Positions 39,869 to 49,952 of a DNA stretch of 64,000 nucleotides are shown here, in pieces. Below the pieces are notes generated by a model. It was not told where the DNA came from. It did no database searches and was given only the letters and a program-made list of their open reading frames with translations. Position 1 is the first letter of the stretch, and the number at the start of each line of letters is the position of its first letter. The stretch is from an uncultured Candidatus Actinomarina sp. Its GTDB lineage: Bacteria > Actinomycetota > Acidimicrobiia > Actinomarinales > Actinomarinaceae. Made by a program: the position numbers and the translations under genes. The stretch covers positions 5,657-69,656 of the forward strand of contig CACAQC010000004.1 in the NCBI GenBank assembly GCA_902534495.1. The letters run 5' to 3'.

Positions 39869-40216
39869 TTAATTTTGTCTAGAGGTATCTTTGTTTCTTA
39901 AAATTTTATAAACTTGTTTAAAATTCCATTCAGATATGTTTTCAGCATTTAAAAGTGCTCTTGTATTGGATACAAAAATGTAAGCAGACAAAGCCATAAC
40001 AACAAAACCGGCCAAGGCTATAGTTGGTTGAATAATATATGTACTAAACATAGTTAAAAGTCCTATACAAAATATAAAAAATGAGACTACAGCTCTAGTT
40101 CTTGTGTATTTGGAAAGAGTTGATTCTTTTACTGTATTCGCAAGTTCAGGATCTTCTTTTAAAAGTTCTTGCTCAATTTGATTTAAAATTTCTTGTTCTT
40201 TTTTGTTTAATCCCAT
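39869..40216 (-). CDS. DUF3040-family membrane protein (actinobacterial)
   Basis: 115 aa. N-terminal LNKKEQEILNQIEQELLKEDPELA followed by two TM helices. Conserved neighbour of the dcw cluster in Actinobacteria. Confidence 0.7.
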   Translation of the reverse strand: MGLNKKEQEILNQIEQELLKEDPELANTVKESTLSKYTRTRAVVSFFIFCIGLLTMFSTYIIQPTIALAGFVVMALSAYIFVSNTRALLNAENISEWNFKQVYKILRNKDTSRQN

Positions 40217-40254
40217 ATGTAGATATTAATCATTTATCACACTACGCTAAATTT

Positions 40255-40800
40255 ATGACAAACTTATTTTTAAGACATGCGGAGGTATTAAATAAGAAAA
40301 ATATTCAGTATGCTAATTTACCAGGATTTCAAATAAGCGATAAGGGGAAAGAACAGAGTGTTGCAGCTGGAAAATTATTAAAAAATAGTAATAAAAAAAT
40401 TCAAAAAATTATTACATCTCCCCTATTAAGAGCACGCGAAACCTCTTCAATAATCTCTGAAATTTTAAAAACTCCTATTTTTATTTCAAGCAATCTAACT
40501 GAGTGGACTGGAATTAACAATTGGATAGGAAAGACGATTGTAGAGATTAAATCTTCAAGAGAATATTCAGAAAGAAAATCATCTTTAGATTTAAGTCCCG
40601 TTGAGGAGACTTTAAAAAGTGTATATGAAAGAGTTGCAATAGAATACAATAATAATGTAAATACATTATTTATCTCTCATCAAGACACAATTAGAGCATT
40701 TACATATTTTTTTACAAATGACGAAAATTTTTCAATGTACAGGCCTGATAATTGTGAGATTCAATTTATTGAAAATAATATAGTACGCACGTTGACATAG
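40255..40800 (+). CDS. Histidine phosphatase (phosphoglycerate mutase-like) family protein
   Basis: I place the start at ATG 40255 (MTNLFLRHAEV...), since the track start at 40102 would overlap the DUF3040 gene. Contains an RHA/GE-type catalytic motif, SPLLRARET and a later SHQD. Confidence 0.7.
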   Translation: MTNLFLRHAEVLNKKNIQYANLPGFQISDKGKEQSVAAGKLLKNSNKKIQKIITSPLLRARETSSIISEILKTPIFISSNLTEWTGINNWIGKTIVEIKSSREYSERKSSLDLSPVEETLKSVYERVAIEYNNNVNTLFISHQDTIRAFTYFFTNDENFSMYRPDNCEIQFIENNIVRTLT

Positions 40801-40809
40801 TTAGGTTAT

Positions 40810-41034
40810 TTAACTTACTTGAATTATAAAATAATATAAAATTAGTAAACTTAATCCAAATGAAGAGACAAATCCAATTGATCCGATAAGTGGTTCTAAA
40901 GATTTTAAAAATTTAGTTTCAACTTTTGATAAATATAACTCCACAGTCTTTTTACTAAACATAAAAGAAAAGAAACCCGAAAAAAATATTGCAACAAAAG
41001 TTAAAATCGTTATCCAAGGACTAGGAAAATTCAT
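40810..41034 (-). CDS. Hypothetical small membrane protein
   Basis: 74 aa with two hydrophobic helices. No homology recognised. Confidence 0.3.
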   Translation of the reverse strand: MNFPSPWITILTFVAIFFSGFFSFMFSKKTVELYLSKVETKFLKSLEPLIGSIGFVSSFGLSLLILYYFIIQVS

Positions 41035-41057
41035 AATAAGCTAAAGTTAATATAAAT

Positions 41058-41297
41058 ATGAGATTTAGCAACAAAACACGTTTTTTAATTTTTGCTATAG
41101 TTATTTTATTTTCTACTTATATAGGTTATCTTTTAGGAAATGCATTCTGTCTAGCTGATTCTAATGGTGATTGCTTTAACGATGTAGCTATATATATATT
41201 TGCGGTAAATCTGTCGTCCATTGTAGGAACTATGATTTTGGTTAATCTCTCAGAAAAATCGATTACTGAATGGAATCAAATTAACGAAGAGGAATAA
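41058..41297 (+). CDS. Hypothetical small membrane protein
   Basis: 79 aa with two hydrophobic helices. Its 3' end overlaps the convergent ltaE by 22 nt. Confidence 0.3.
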   Translation: MRFSNKTRFLIFAIVILFSTYIGYLLGNAFCLADSNGDCFNDVAIYIFAVNLSSIVGTMILVNLSEKSITEWNQINEEE

Positions 41298-42307
41298 ATT
41301 TTCTCTTTTACATGCACCATGTCATGAGTTGAAACATCTTTATGAAAAACTAGCCTAACTGTTTTATCATTTATTAATCCTGATAGCACACCTTCTTTTT
41401 CTAGATTTTTTATAAAATTTTGTGAATTTGCTCCATTACTAAATTTAAGAAATATCATATTTGTATTTTTATATTCAGCTTTAAAAAAGCCATCAAATTC
41501 TTGTTTTTCGCAAATAAAATCGAAAACATCTTTGGCTTTTTGGTGGTCCTCTAATATCCTTTCCCGTAAATCTAGTGATTTGTCTGCCATTGAAGCAATG
41601 ACTCCTACTTGTCTCATTCCACCTCCAAGTATTTTTCGGTACTCTCTGGCTTCTGTAATAAATTCCTTACTGCCAAGAAGCATTGAACCAATAGGAGCAC
41701 CCAATGCTTTTGAAAAACAAAAAGTCAAACTGTCAGAAATATTTCCATAATTTGTTGTAGTTCCCTCACCCAGTATTGCATGCCATAATCTTGCTCCATC
41801 TATATGAATATTTATACCTATTTCTTTTGCAAAAGAATAAACTTCAGCAAGATGGTTATAAGAAACTATCGACCCTCCTGATGCTAAATGAGTATTTTCT
41901 TGTGCAATAGTCTTAATTTGAGGTTTATGTACTTTTGATTTTTCATAAACACTTTTTATTGAATCTAAATTTAACGCCCCATCTTTATGATCAATTTCTC
42001 TAAATTGAACTCTAGAAAGAAATGAAGCTGCACCATGTTCATAATTTTTAATATGCGAATCAGATGTTGTTATAACTTCAGTACCAGGTGAATTGTGAAT
42101 TAGTAGTGAGATTTGATTTCCCATAAGTCCAGAAGAAACAAAAAGGCCACTTTCAAAACCTAAGAGTTCTGCACATTTTTCTTGAAGATTATTCACAGTA
42201 GGGTCTTCACCATACTCATCATCTCCTAATTTAGCCTGTAAAGCCTCCTCAATAATATTTTTGTCAGGTTTAGTGACTGTATCAGATCTTAAATCGATCA
42301 ATTTCAT
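41276..42307 (-). CDS. ltaE: Low-specificity L-threonine aldolase
   Basis: 343 aa. Contains DLRSDTVTKP and a PLP-fold pattern with FCFSKALGAPIGS (Lys in SK). Confidence 0.85.
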   Translation of the reverse strand: MKLIDLRSDTVTKPDKNIIEEALQAKLGDDEYGEDPTVNNLQEKCAELLGFESGLFVSSGLMGNQISLLIHNSPGTEVITTSDSHIKNYEHGAASFLSRVQFREIDHKDGALNLDSIKSVYEKSKVHKPQIKTIAQENTHLASGGSIVSYNHLAEVYSFAKEIGINIHIDGARLWHAILGEGTTTNYGNISDSLTFCFSKALGAPIGSMLLGSKEFITEAREYRKILGGGMRQVGVIASMADKSLDLRERILEDHQKAKDVFDFICEKQEFDGFFKAEYKNTNMIFLKFSNGANSQNFIKNLEKEGVLSGLINDKTVRLVFHKDVSTHDMVHVKEKIYSSSLI

Positions 42308-43514
42308 TTTTTTCCTTGTCTAAAGATATCAGATTAATAATAAATGCAATTATGAACAATAATTGAAAAAATCCTAAAGAAGTGCCCGAAGATAAGTTTG
42401 AAAATATTATCCAAAACAAATTTGGCAAAATAATTGCAGTGATAATGCTTCTCTTATCTCTAAGAAAAGAATCACTAACTAGTAATAAACAAGGAACAAT
42501 AAAAATAAAATGATAAGGCTTTAGATAAGGATTGATGAGTAAAACAAAAGTGAAAGTTGTTATAAGTTTTATATCAGTAGAAATTTTTAATTTTCTTAAA
42601 ATTAAAAACAAAATATAGATAACCACTAAGACGTAGATGGTAAGTAAAATTATATTTGAGTCAATATTCAATATATTTAATAGACCTAAATATATTGAAG
42701 GCGTATTGTGACCAGGTGATTCTCTCAAAATGTTATATTGAGAATTTGAATTCAAAATACTCCCTAAAAATTCATTAAAAGAATTAATGTTTACTAATAT
42801 CACAAACACTGAAGTATAAATTATTGTTCTTGCTTTTTTAGCAAAATTAGTACTGTCCAAGAAAAAAAGAATTGGAACTAGTAAAAGAAACCAAATTCTT
42901 TGAATTCCAAAAAGAATCAAAAACAAATATGATAAATGACTTTTCTTTTTGTAATGCCAAACAAAAAAAATTAGAAATACTAACTCCAACATAACAAAGT
43001 TTCCAGTCTTTAGAACCCACCGAAGAGCTAGAAAAGCTCCAAATAAATACATAGAGCTGAGAAAAAGATTTCTATTTTCATTTCTTAAAATCCATAAAAA
43101 TAGAATCAAAGCAGGGACTAAAAATAAGTAGTAATTTGTTTGATATCCAAAATCACATGAAAAATCAATTAGTTGTCTAAAAATAGGTGGGTAATTAAAT
43201 GTATACTTATATTCCACATCATAAATTGATAAATTACTTGATTTTGATAGAGAAGTTAAATCACAATAAATCTTTGCGTCACCACCATATGGCTTGTACC
43301 GTAGAACATTAAATGTTGTTATGGAACTCAATAGCAACCCTAAGCCGATAAGAAATTCGAATTTTATATATTCTGAAAACTTGATCACAAGTGAGCTCAA
43401 AATCATAAAAATAATTAATACTATAAATGTTCCTGAAGATAGATCTGAATAGAAACCATTACCTAAAGAAATATTAAAAAATAATTCAGATAAAAATCTT
43501 CTAAACACTATCAA
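42282..43514 (-). CDS. Polytopic membrane protein, GT-C / DUF2029 (GT87)-like glycosyltransferase candidate
   Basis: 410 aa, more than 10 TM. The FNYPPIF motif in an early loop resembles DUF2029 mannosyltransferases. Assignment is tentative. Confidence 0.4.
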   Translation of the reverse strand: MIVFRRFLSELFFNISLGNGFYSDLSSGTFIVLIIFMILSSLVIKFSEYIKFEFLIGLGLLLSSITTFNVLRYKPYGGDAKIYCDLTSLSKSSNLSIYDVEYKYTFNYPPIFRQLIDFSCDFGYQTNYYLFLVPALILFLWILRNENRNLFLSSMYLFGAFLALRWVLKTGNFVMLELVFLIFFVWHYKKKSHLSYLFLILFGIQRIWFLLLVPILFFLDSTNFAKKARTIIYTSVFVILVNINSFNEFLGSILNSNSQYNILRESPGHNTPSIYLGLLNILNIDSNIILLTIYVLVVIYILFLILRKLKISTDIKLITTFTFVLLINPYLKPYHFIFIVPCLLLVSDSFLRDKRSIITAIILPNLFWIIFSNLSSGTSLGFFQLLFIIAFIINLISLDKEKNEIDRFKI

Positions 43515-44673
43515 TTATTTTTGAAAAATTTTTCATTGCTTGCCTTATACGTTGTTTGTTCTCAACCAAAGCAAGTCTTATATGTCCTTCTCCACAATTT
43601 CCAAAACCAACACCTGGAGAAACTGCAACATTAGATTTGGAAAGGAGGTCAAGTGAAAATTTCATAGAATCATTTTTATAAACTTCAGGTAGTTTTGCCC
43701 ATAAAAACATTGTTGCGGTACTTTTATAGACTTCGAATCCGTATTTTGTTAAATATTCTTCTGCCAATATTTTTCTTTCCTGATAAATTGAAGATACTTC
43801 TCGTGGATAATCGTCTAATTCATTAATCGCAACTGTTGATGCAATTTGTATTGGTTGAAAAGTTCCATAATCGATATAAGATTTAAGTTTTGTTAAAGAA
43901 CTAATAGCACTTTCGTTACCAACGGCAAAGCCAACTCTCCACCCAGCCATAGAATAGCCCTTGGTGAGTGAATAAAGTTCTACTGTGTGGTCAAATTGTG
44001 GATCGGAATTTAACAAAGATGGAGGTTTTTCTTCATTAAAATATACATCTGAATAAGCAAAATCATTTATTATCAAAAAATTATATCTTCGTGCAAGACC
44101 TACAAGTTCATCATAAAACTCTTGATTTACAGTTAGTGTCGTTGGATTATGTGGGAATGATACAAGCACTGCTTTAACTTTATGACTTGTTAAAGTTGCA
44201 TTTAAATTATTTAAAAAATTTTCACTACTTAAACATTCAATTTTAATTACATTTGCACCAGCAATTAATGGAGCATAATGATGAATAGGATAACTAGGGT
44301 CCTGCACAACAACATTATCACCCTTGTTTAGTATAGACATTAGTAAATGAGTCAATCCTTCTTTACTACCAATTGTATTTACAATATTTTTACTAGGATC
44401 TAAATTAATTTCGTATTCTCTCAAATATTTATTTGCAATAGCATTTCGTAACCCATGAATGCCTTTTGAAACAGAATATTTATGATTCTTTTTTATTTGA
44501 GCAGACTCTATTAACTTTTCTACAACTAATTCATGAGAGGGAATGTCAGGATTCCCATAGCCCAGATCAATAACATCCTCACCACTTTGCCGCAGAGCTA
44601 GTTTTTGCTGATTAATTTTATTAAACAAATAATCAGGAAAGTTATCAATTAAATTGTTTGAGTATTTAGTCAT
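43501..44673 (-). CDS. Class I/II pyridoxal-phosphate aminotransferase (AlaT/AspC-like)
   Basis: 390 aa. Contains NPTT and YSLTKGYSMAGWRVGF (PLP lysine). Confidence 0.8.
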   Translation of the reverse strand: MTKYSNNLIDNFPDYLFNKINQQKLALRQSGEDVIDLGYGNPDIPSHELVVEKLIESAQIKKNHKYSVSKGIHGLRNAIANKYLREYEINLDPSKNIVNTIGSKEGLTHLLMSILNKGDNVVVQDPSYPIHHYAPLIAGANVIKIECLSSENFLNNLNATLTSHKVKAVLVSFPHNPTTLTVNQEFYDELVGLARRYNFLIINDFAYSDVYFNEEKPPSLLNSDPQFDHTVELYSLTKGYSMAGWRVGFAVGNESAISSLTKLKSYIDYGTFQPIQIASTVAINELDDYPREVSSIYQERKILAEEYLTKYGFEVYKSTATMFLWAKLPEVYKNDSMKFSLDLLSKSNVAVSPGVGFGNCGEGHIRLALVENKQRIRQAMKNFSKIIDSV

Positions 44674-45349
44674 TTTTAAAAATATTATCTATAGTTTCTT
44701 GAAAAATCTTCAAATTAGAATCTTTTACAACGAATATTTTCTCGTAATCAAATACATATATGTTTTTATTAGTAACACATCTTGAAAGTGTACCTCTGGG
44801 GTTAATTAAATTGTTATATATGTTGTGTTTATCTATAAAATCTGAATCTGAACCCATCCACTGATTAATCCCTAAATTGTACTTTTGTACTAAATCTAAT
44901 TTAGATTGTGAATTTCCTCCGATAAATAATGTTGAGTTATTTGAAATAAAATTTTTATTTTTCAAAATATAATTAATAACTACCTCAATATCATTATCAA
45001 ATATCTCATCATGCTTTTCATATTTGTTGTCACCAGTACCTAAACCTATATTTATATTTTTAAGCTCAAGAAGAGGATCGATAATATTTTTAAATAATAT
45101 ATTTAAATCTCTTGCATTGACATTTAATACACAAATACCTACTTCAATTTCATTTTTTACTTTTTTATATAAGCTAAAGATTTCTTCAGTAAATTTATAA
45201 GTGGGCTTACTTGAGTCTGTGGGATTTTTAAAATGATCAAAAAGATACAGTACGTCAACATCCAAATCAAGAATATTTCTTATTTTTTCATCAGAATCTT
45301 TCTCAAAAAATTGTGGTGGCAGTAATAAAGAATTTTTTTTATTCATCAA
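44666..45349 (-). CDS. Hypothetical protein, weak luciferase-like (LLM) oxidoreductase resemblance, short
   Basis: 227 aa. LFDHF, GICVLNVNARD, IGLGTG and FIGGNSQSKLDLVQKYNLGINQW resemble LLM-family blocks. From memory only. Confidence 0.3.
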   Translation of the reverse strand: MMNKKNSLLLPPQFFEKDSDEKIRNILDLDVDVLYLFDHFKNPTDSSKPTYKFTEEIFSLYKKVKNEIEVGICVLNVNARDLNILFKNIIDPLLELKNINIGLGTGDNKYEKHDEIFDNDIEVVINYILKNKNFISNNSTLFIGGNSQSKLDLVQKYNLGINQWMGSDSDFIDKHNIYNNLINPRGTLSRCVTNKNIYVFDYEKIFVVKDSNLKIFQETIDNIFKND

Positions 45350-46247
45350 ACGCTAATGCAGCAGCACCAATTATCCCAGAATCTTCTCCTTGTGAAGCAA
45401 TAAACACCTCAGGAAAAGTTCTAGAAGGAAATTTGTATCTTTTCTTTATATCGCTTTGTATAAGCTTGATTAAATCAAAAGGTTCGGAGGACATGCTTCC
45501 GCCAAGAACAAAAGCTTCATTATCGAATATTTCAAATAAGCTTAAAAGTCCATTTGAAATATTTTGAATTATTTCATCTCTAACAGTGGCTTCTTTGTCA
45601 GTTAAGTTTAATGTGGTATCAAAAAGTACTGAACCAATATTTTTTAAAGCAAAAGCTTTAGCCAGTTCTGAATCTTGATTTTTATTAGTTAGTTCGTAAC
45701 ATTTCTTTGTCCATACTGATGCTGCAACTGATGTCTCAAAACTACCTTTCTTTCCACTATCGCCCTCAACATCTCTATCATTTGAAGTGAGCATATGCCC
45801 AACTTCTCCTGCATTTCCACTTCCTCTTAATAATCTACCTTCAGAAATTATTCCCCCACCGACCCCTGTACCAAAAGTTAACATAATTAAATTTGAGTAT
45901 TTATTTTTGTAATTTAAAAAATATTCACAATAAGCTGCAACATTTCCATCATTGTCTAGATAAAATTTGTAGTCTGAAAAATTTGATAATTTTGAAAAAT
46001 CAATTTCAAATGGTAAATGTGGACCATACAAATATTTGTTACTTGCTACATTTACATATCCTGGCATCCCTACAGATACTTTTGAAATGGTATAAATATT
46101 TTTTTGAATAATTTCTGAGAGTGACTCTATGAACTTTTCTTCATCTTTAGGGGTGGGGATTTTATCTTTGTGAATGACTTCATAACTGTTATTTATAACT
46201 CCATATTTTATTGTTGTGCCTCCAACGTCAAAAGATAAGCAATTCAT
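45339..46247 (-). CDS. ROK-family sugar kinase (glucokinase-like)
   Basis: 302 aa. Contains FDVGGTTIKYG, DNDGNVAA and GTGVGGGII, followed by GNAGEVGH. Confidence 0.8.
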   Translation of the reverse strand: MNCLSFDVGGTTIKYGVINNSYEVIHKDKIPTPKDEEKFIESLSEIIQKNIYTISKVSVGMPGYVNVASNKYLYGPHLPFEIDFSKLSNFSDYKFYLDNDGNVAAYCEYFLNYKNKYSNLIMLTFGTGVGGGIISEGRLLRGSGNAGEVGHMLTSNDRDVEGDSGKKGSFETSVAASVWTKKCYELTNKNQDSELAKAFALKNIGSVLFDTTLNLTDKEATVRDEIIQNISNGLLSLFEIFDNEAFVLGGSMSSEPFDLIKLIQSDIKKRYKFPSRTFPEVFIASQGEDSGIIGAAALAFDE

Positions 46248-47014
46248 TATATTATTGATGATAATTCTAAATATTGGTTAGTGGCTCTAAAGTAACCAGT
46301 ATTAATACATTTTGTATTGTTTACTATCCAAGTAGAAGCTTTAGGCTGATGAACATCTCCAAAAAGGGCAAATTTAGGATGATTTGTTTTTATAAAATCT
46401 AGCAGACTTTTCCATCCCTGTTCTATTTTATTTGTAACTACATCTGTCATTAATTCATCTACATACGGTGGTGCATGGGTACAAATAATATCAGCTTTAA
46501 CAAGCTTATTTAATTTTTTCGAAAATTCATTTTCACTAATTTCTCCTCTTGCGTTGATAGGCGTGGGTACTCCCCCTCCTGCAAAACCTAACTTAGTGCC
46601 TTGATGTTCAATTAAAAGACCATCAACGTTTTTTACAGAAGATGATGTATAGCTATTCATAATTTCAACGTCATCTACATTCCCAGGTATAAACCATACA
46701 TGATATTTTTTTAAAATCCTAAAAACTTCTTCATATTGATTTTCAATAGCATCTCTCATATTTTTCATAATCACTTCTGGATTATCAGAATATAAAATTT
46801 TCCATAAATTTTTTCTTTCTTCGAATCTATGCTCTTTTCTCAAATTAATAAGCTTTTGCACATTTTCTAATCCAAATACCTCTTTGGCTATGCCATCGCC
46901 ATTTCTATAATCTATCCAATTGATTAAATCGCCTAATATAACTACTGGCTCACTTTTTTTTGGCAATAATTTTAAAAATTCTAATTGATGATGGACGTCT
47001 GAAATAAATATCAT
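46247..47014 (-). CDS. Calcineurin-like metallophosphoesterase
   Basis: 255 aa. Contains ISDVHH, LGDL, GNVD, THAPP and GDVHQ. Confidence 0.75.
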   Translation of the reverse strand: MIFISDVHHQLEFLKLLPKKSEPVVILGDLINWIDYRNGDGIAKEVFGLENVQKLINLRKEHRFEERKNLWKILYSDNPEVIMKNMRDAIENQYEEVFRILKKYHVWFIPGNVDDVEIMNSYTSSSVKNVDGLLIEHQGTKLGFAGGGVPTPINARGEISENEFSKKLNKLVKADIICTHAPPYVDELMTDVVTNKIEQGWKSLLDFIKTNHPKFALFGDVHQPKASTWIVNNTKCINTGYFRATNQYLELSSII

Positions 47015-47017
47015 CTA

Positions 47018-48679
47018 TTAACTTGTAACAGCACCTGTATCAGAACCACTAACTAGCTTTGAATATTTGTATAGAACACCTGAGTTGTATCTTGGAGGAG
47101 GCAATTTTAATTTACTTAATCTGTCATCAAATTCATTTTTTTCAATTTCTAGATTTAAGGACCTATTTTCTATATCCAGAGTGATGATATCTCCATTTTG
47201 ACATATTGAAATCGGACCCTTGTCGTAACTTTCTGGAGCAACATGGCCAATACACAAACCAGTAGTACCTCCAGAAAATCTACCATCAGTTATAAGTAAA
47301 ACATCCTTGCCTAGGCCTGCGCCTTTGATTGCTGCAGTAATTTGTAGCATTTCTCTCATTCCCGGCCCACCCTTAGGTCCTTCATTGCGAATAACTACAA
47401 CTTCTCCCTTCTTAATTTTGTTATTAAACAAAGCATCTAGAGCATCTTGTTCGGAGTCAAAAACATTTGCGGGTCCTGTAAAAGTATTAATATCGATTCC
47501 TGCAGTTTTTACAACTGAACCCTTTGGACTCAAGGAACCTTTTAGTACTGCAATTCCACCTTCGTTTGAGATTGGATTGTCTGGAAAACTAATGACATCT
47601 TGATTTTTTGGAATTTGTATATTCTCAAGATTCTCTCCAACAGTTTTTCCAGTAACTGTAATGCAATCTGGATCAATTAAATTATTTTCAAGAAGAATTT
47701 TAGAAACTACAGGAACTCCTCCAATTTCATTCAAATTAACCATGTGATATTTACCAAACGGTTTCATATCAGCTAAGTGAGGAACGCTTCTGCTTAATTG
47801 ATCAAATTTATCAATTGAAAGTTCAACTCCAGTTTCATGTGCAATAGCAAGTAAATGAAGTACGGAATTAGAGCTTCCACCAAGAGCAAGTACAGTTGTG
47901 ATTGCATTGGTAAAAGCGTTGTGGGTCATAATATCACTGGGCTTTATATTATTTTTTAATAAATAATTTAGCTGCTTTCCAGACTCTACGGCTGCATCTC
48001 GTAATTTTAAATCTTCAGCAGGAATTGCAGCAGTACCAGGTAGACTCATTCCTATTGCTTCACCAACTGATGCCATAGTGTTAGCTGTGAACATTCCTGC
48101 ACACGATCCAACACCGGGACATGCTGCGCACTCGATATTGTATAATTCTTCTTCCGAGATAATACCTTTTTCAAAAGCACCTATACCCTCAAAAACATCA
48201 ACTATTGAAATATCTTTACCGTTATAAACTCCAGGCAAACTACTTCCACCATATAAAAATATTGCTGGACGATTAATCCTACCTGCTGCCATTAACATCC
48301 CGGGAAGAGATTTGTCACATCCAGCAATTGTTACCATTCCATCAAATCGTTCTGCATGCATTACCAATTCAACTGAATCAGCAATTACCTCTCTAGAAAC
48401 TAGTGAAGCTCTCATGCCTTCATGTCCCATTGAAATTCCATCAGAAACAGCAATAGTTGAAAATATTAGTGCAGCAGAATCTGGCCCATTAACCCCTTTT
48501 TTGGCATATTCAGATAATTCTGGACCAGTTAGATTACATGGAGTTACTTCATTACCGGCTGAAACAACCCCAACCTGAAACTTATTAAAGTCATCATCCT
48601 TGAGCCCAACAGCTCTTAACATTGCTCTAGCAGCAGATTTACCTGTTCCTTTAGTTACGTCATCAGATATTTTTTCCAT
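47018..48679 (-). CDS. ilvD: Dihydroxy-acid dehydratase
   Basis: 553 aa. Contains [14 protein letters not shown] and [16 protein letters not shown]. Confidence 0.96.
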   Translation of the reverse strand: MEKISDDVTKGTGKSAARAMLRAVGLKDDDFNKFQVGVVSAGNEVTPCNLTGPELSEYAKKGVNGPDSAALIFSTIAVSDGISMGHEGMRASLVSREVIADSVELVMHAERFDGMVTIAGCDKSLPGMLMAAGRINRPAIFLYGGSSLPGVYNGKDISIVDVFEGIGAFEKGIISEEELYNIECAACPGVGSCAGMFTANTMASVGEAIGMSLPGTAAIPAEDLKLRDAAVESGKQLNYLLKNNIKPSDIMTHNAFTNAITTVLALGGSSNSVLHLLAIAHETGVELSIDKFDQLSRSVPHLADMKPFGKYHMVNLNEIGGVPVVSKILLENNLIDPDCITVTGKTVGENLENIQIPKNQDVISFPDNPISNEGGIAVLKGSLSPKGSVVKTAGIDINTFTGPANVFDSEQDALDALFNNKIKKGEVVVIRNEGPKGGPGMREMLQITAAIKGAGLGKDVLLITDGRFSGGTTGLCIGHVAPESYDKGPISICQNGDIITLDIENRSLNLEIEKNEFDDRLSKLKLPPPRYNSGVLYKYSKLVSGSDTGAVTS

Positions 48680-48702
48680 AGAATAAGAATAGATTATTTC
48701 AA

Positions 48703-49797
48703 TTATGAAGTCATACTTTTTAATTTTTCATATTCAATTTTTAAACTTTCATTTACTTCACTGTTAATCAAACTGTCAACTTCAAAAATTTTTCCTAATT
48801 TCCAGAATGCCCACAAAATATAAAATTTTAAAAAATCTGAAGAATTTGAATATAAGTTAACAAAAAAATTAAAAGTATTGGCAGTAGGATTGTTTGATAA
48901 TGCGATAACAGCATTTCTTTTCAAATAATCTGGGTTTCTTTTTGGTATATAAAACCAGTAATAATTTTTTAGTATCACCTCATTTTTTGCTTCAAGTAAC
49001 TCCTCAAGATTTACTTCATTTTCGTTTTTAGATTTAATTTTAATTTTATTGCTTTGACCAGGAGGGCATGATATTAAACATTCATCACAACCATAAAATC
49101 TATTTCCAATTGAATTTCTCATTTCATACGGAATTATCTCAGGTGACTGCAACCAGTAAGATATACATTTATTTGAATCTAATCTATATTCTTTGTCAAG
49201 TGCTCCCGTCGGACATGATATCTGGCATAAATTACATTCCCCACATGAGAAACTTCTTTCTTCCGTAGGTTGAAAATTAATTTCGACATAAATTGTTCCA
49301 AGCAATTGCCAAGGGCCAATACCTGGAGTTAACATCATTGTACTTTTTCCCTGCCAACCCATTCCAGATTTTTCAAACAAAGATCTGTCATAATGATTTG
49401 GATTATCAATAAATGTTTCATTTCTGATATTCAAATCATTAAACAAATTTTCAAATTTTTTTATATTTTTTTTTAATGGTAAATAAAAATCTTGTTGTGC
49501 GAATCTTGCTATTTGACCATACCCTGTGTTTGTTAAGTTCGATATATTTACCTTATTTTTATAATCATATGCAAAAATTAATGCAGAATTTGCCCATTTA
49601 AACTTATCAACTAACCCTGAATAGTCTGGATTAGAAAATGTAAATTTCATGTTTGCATGTTGATTTAGAGTTTTAACTTTTTTAATTTGACTTGAAAAAT
49701 TTAAACCTGAAGGCACTGAAACAACTCCAATAGATATTTCATCGGGGATATTTATAGCATTATCTAATATAAAATTATTAAAATTTATGTCTTTCAT
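48703..49797 (-). CDS. queG: Epoxyqueuosine reductase
   Basis: 364 aa. Contains [12 protein letters not shown]; two ferredoxin motifs, [16 protein letters not shown] and [11 protein letters not shown]; CISYW; and a HEAT-like C-terminus. Confidence 0.8.
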   Translation of the reverse strand: MKDINFNNFILDNAINIPDEISIGVVSVPSGLNFSSQIKKVKTLNQHANMKFTFSNPDYSGLVDKFKWANSALIFAYDYKNKVNISNLTNTGYGQIARFAQQDFYLPLKKNIKKFENLFNDLNIRNETFIDNPNHYDRSLFEKSGMGWQGKSTMMLTPGIGPWQLLGTIYVEINFQPTEERSFSCGECNLCQISCPTGALDKEYRLDSNKCISYWLQSPEIIPYEMRNSIGNRFYGCDECLISCPPGQSNKIKIKSKNENEVNLEELLEAKNEVILKNYYWFYIPKRNPDYLKRNAVIALSNNPTANTFNFFVNLYSNSSDFLKFYILWAFWKLGKIFEVDSLINSEVNESLKIEYEKLKSMTS

Positions 49798-49826
49798 TTT
49801 TTTGTGATTTTACTATAGTTATTTTA

Positions 49827-49877
49827 ATGAAAAATTTAGCTATATTCATTTCAGTATTAGTGCTATTACTTATTTAG
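49827..49877 (+). CDS. ilv leader peptide, 16 codons, MKNLAIFISVLVLLLI
   Basis: Hand-translated. 10 of 16 residues are Leu/Ile/Val. It is followed immediately by a hairpin and an intrinsic terminator, then ilvB. TATAGT lies 7 nt upstream and no SD is visible. Confidence 0.65.
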   Translation: MKNLAIFISVLVLLLI

Positions 49878-49900
49878 CGCTCATTTTGCTGTGATGAGCG

Positions 49901-49926
49901 CCTCCCAAGTCGGGAGGTTTTTTTTT
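49901..49926 (+). terminator. Attenuator intrinsic terminator upstream of ilvB
   Basis: CCTCCC (49901-06), loop AAGTC, GGGAGG (49912-17), then nine T (49918-26). It is preceded by hairpin GCGCTCAT/ATGAGCGC (49877-49901). Confidence 0.7.
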
Positions 49927-49952
49927 AGGATAGATGGAGTAAAGTGGTTTGA

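Noticed and set aside
40102-40254. N-terminal 51 codons of the 232-aa track ORF
   Set aside because: This extension overlaps the DUF3040 gene on the opposite strand. The histidine-phosphatase domain begins right at the internal ATG (40255).
40810-41297. Pair of divergent small two-TM ORFs (74 and 79 aa) only 23 nt apart, considered as a toxin/antitoxin or holin-like pair
   Set aside because: Hydrophobic small ORFs arise easily in AT-rich DNA. There is no room for two promoters and no recognisable motifs. They are kept as low-confidence CDS only.
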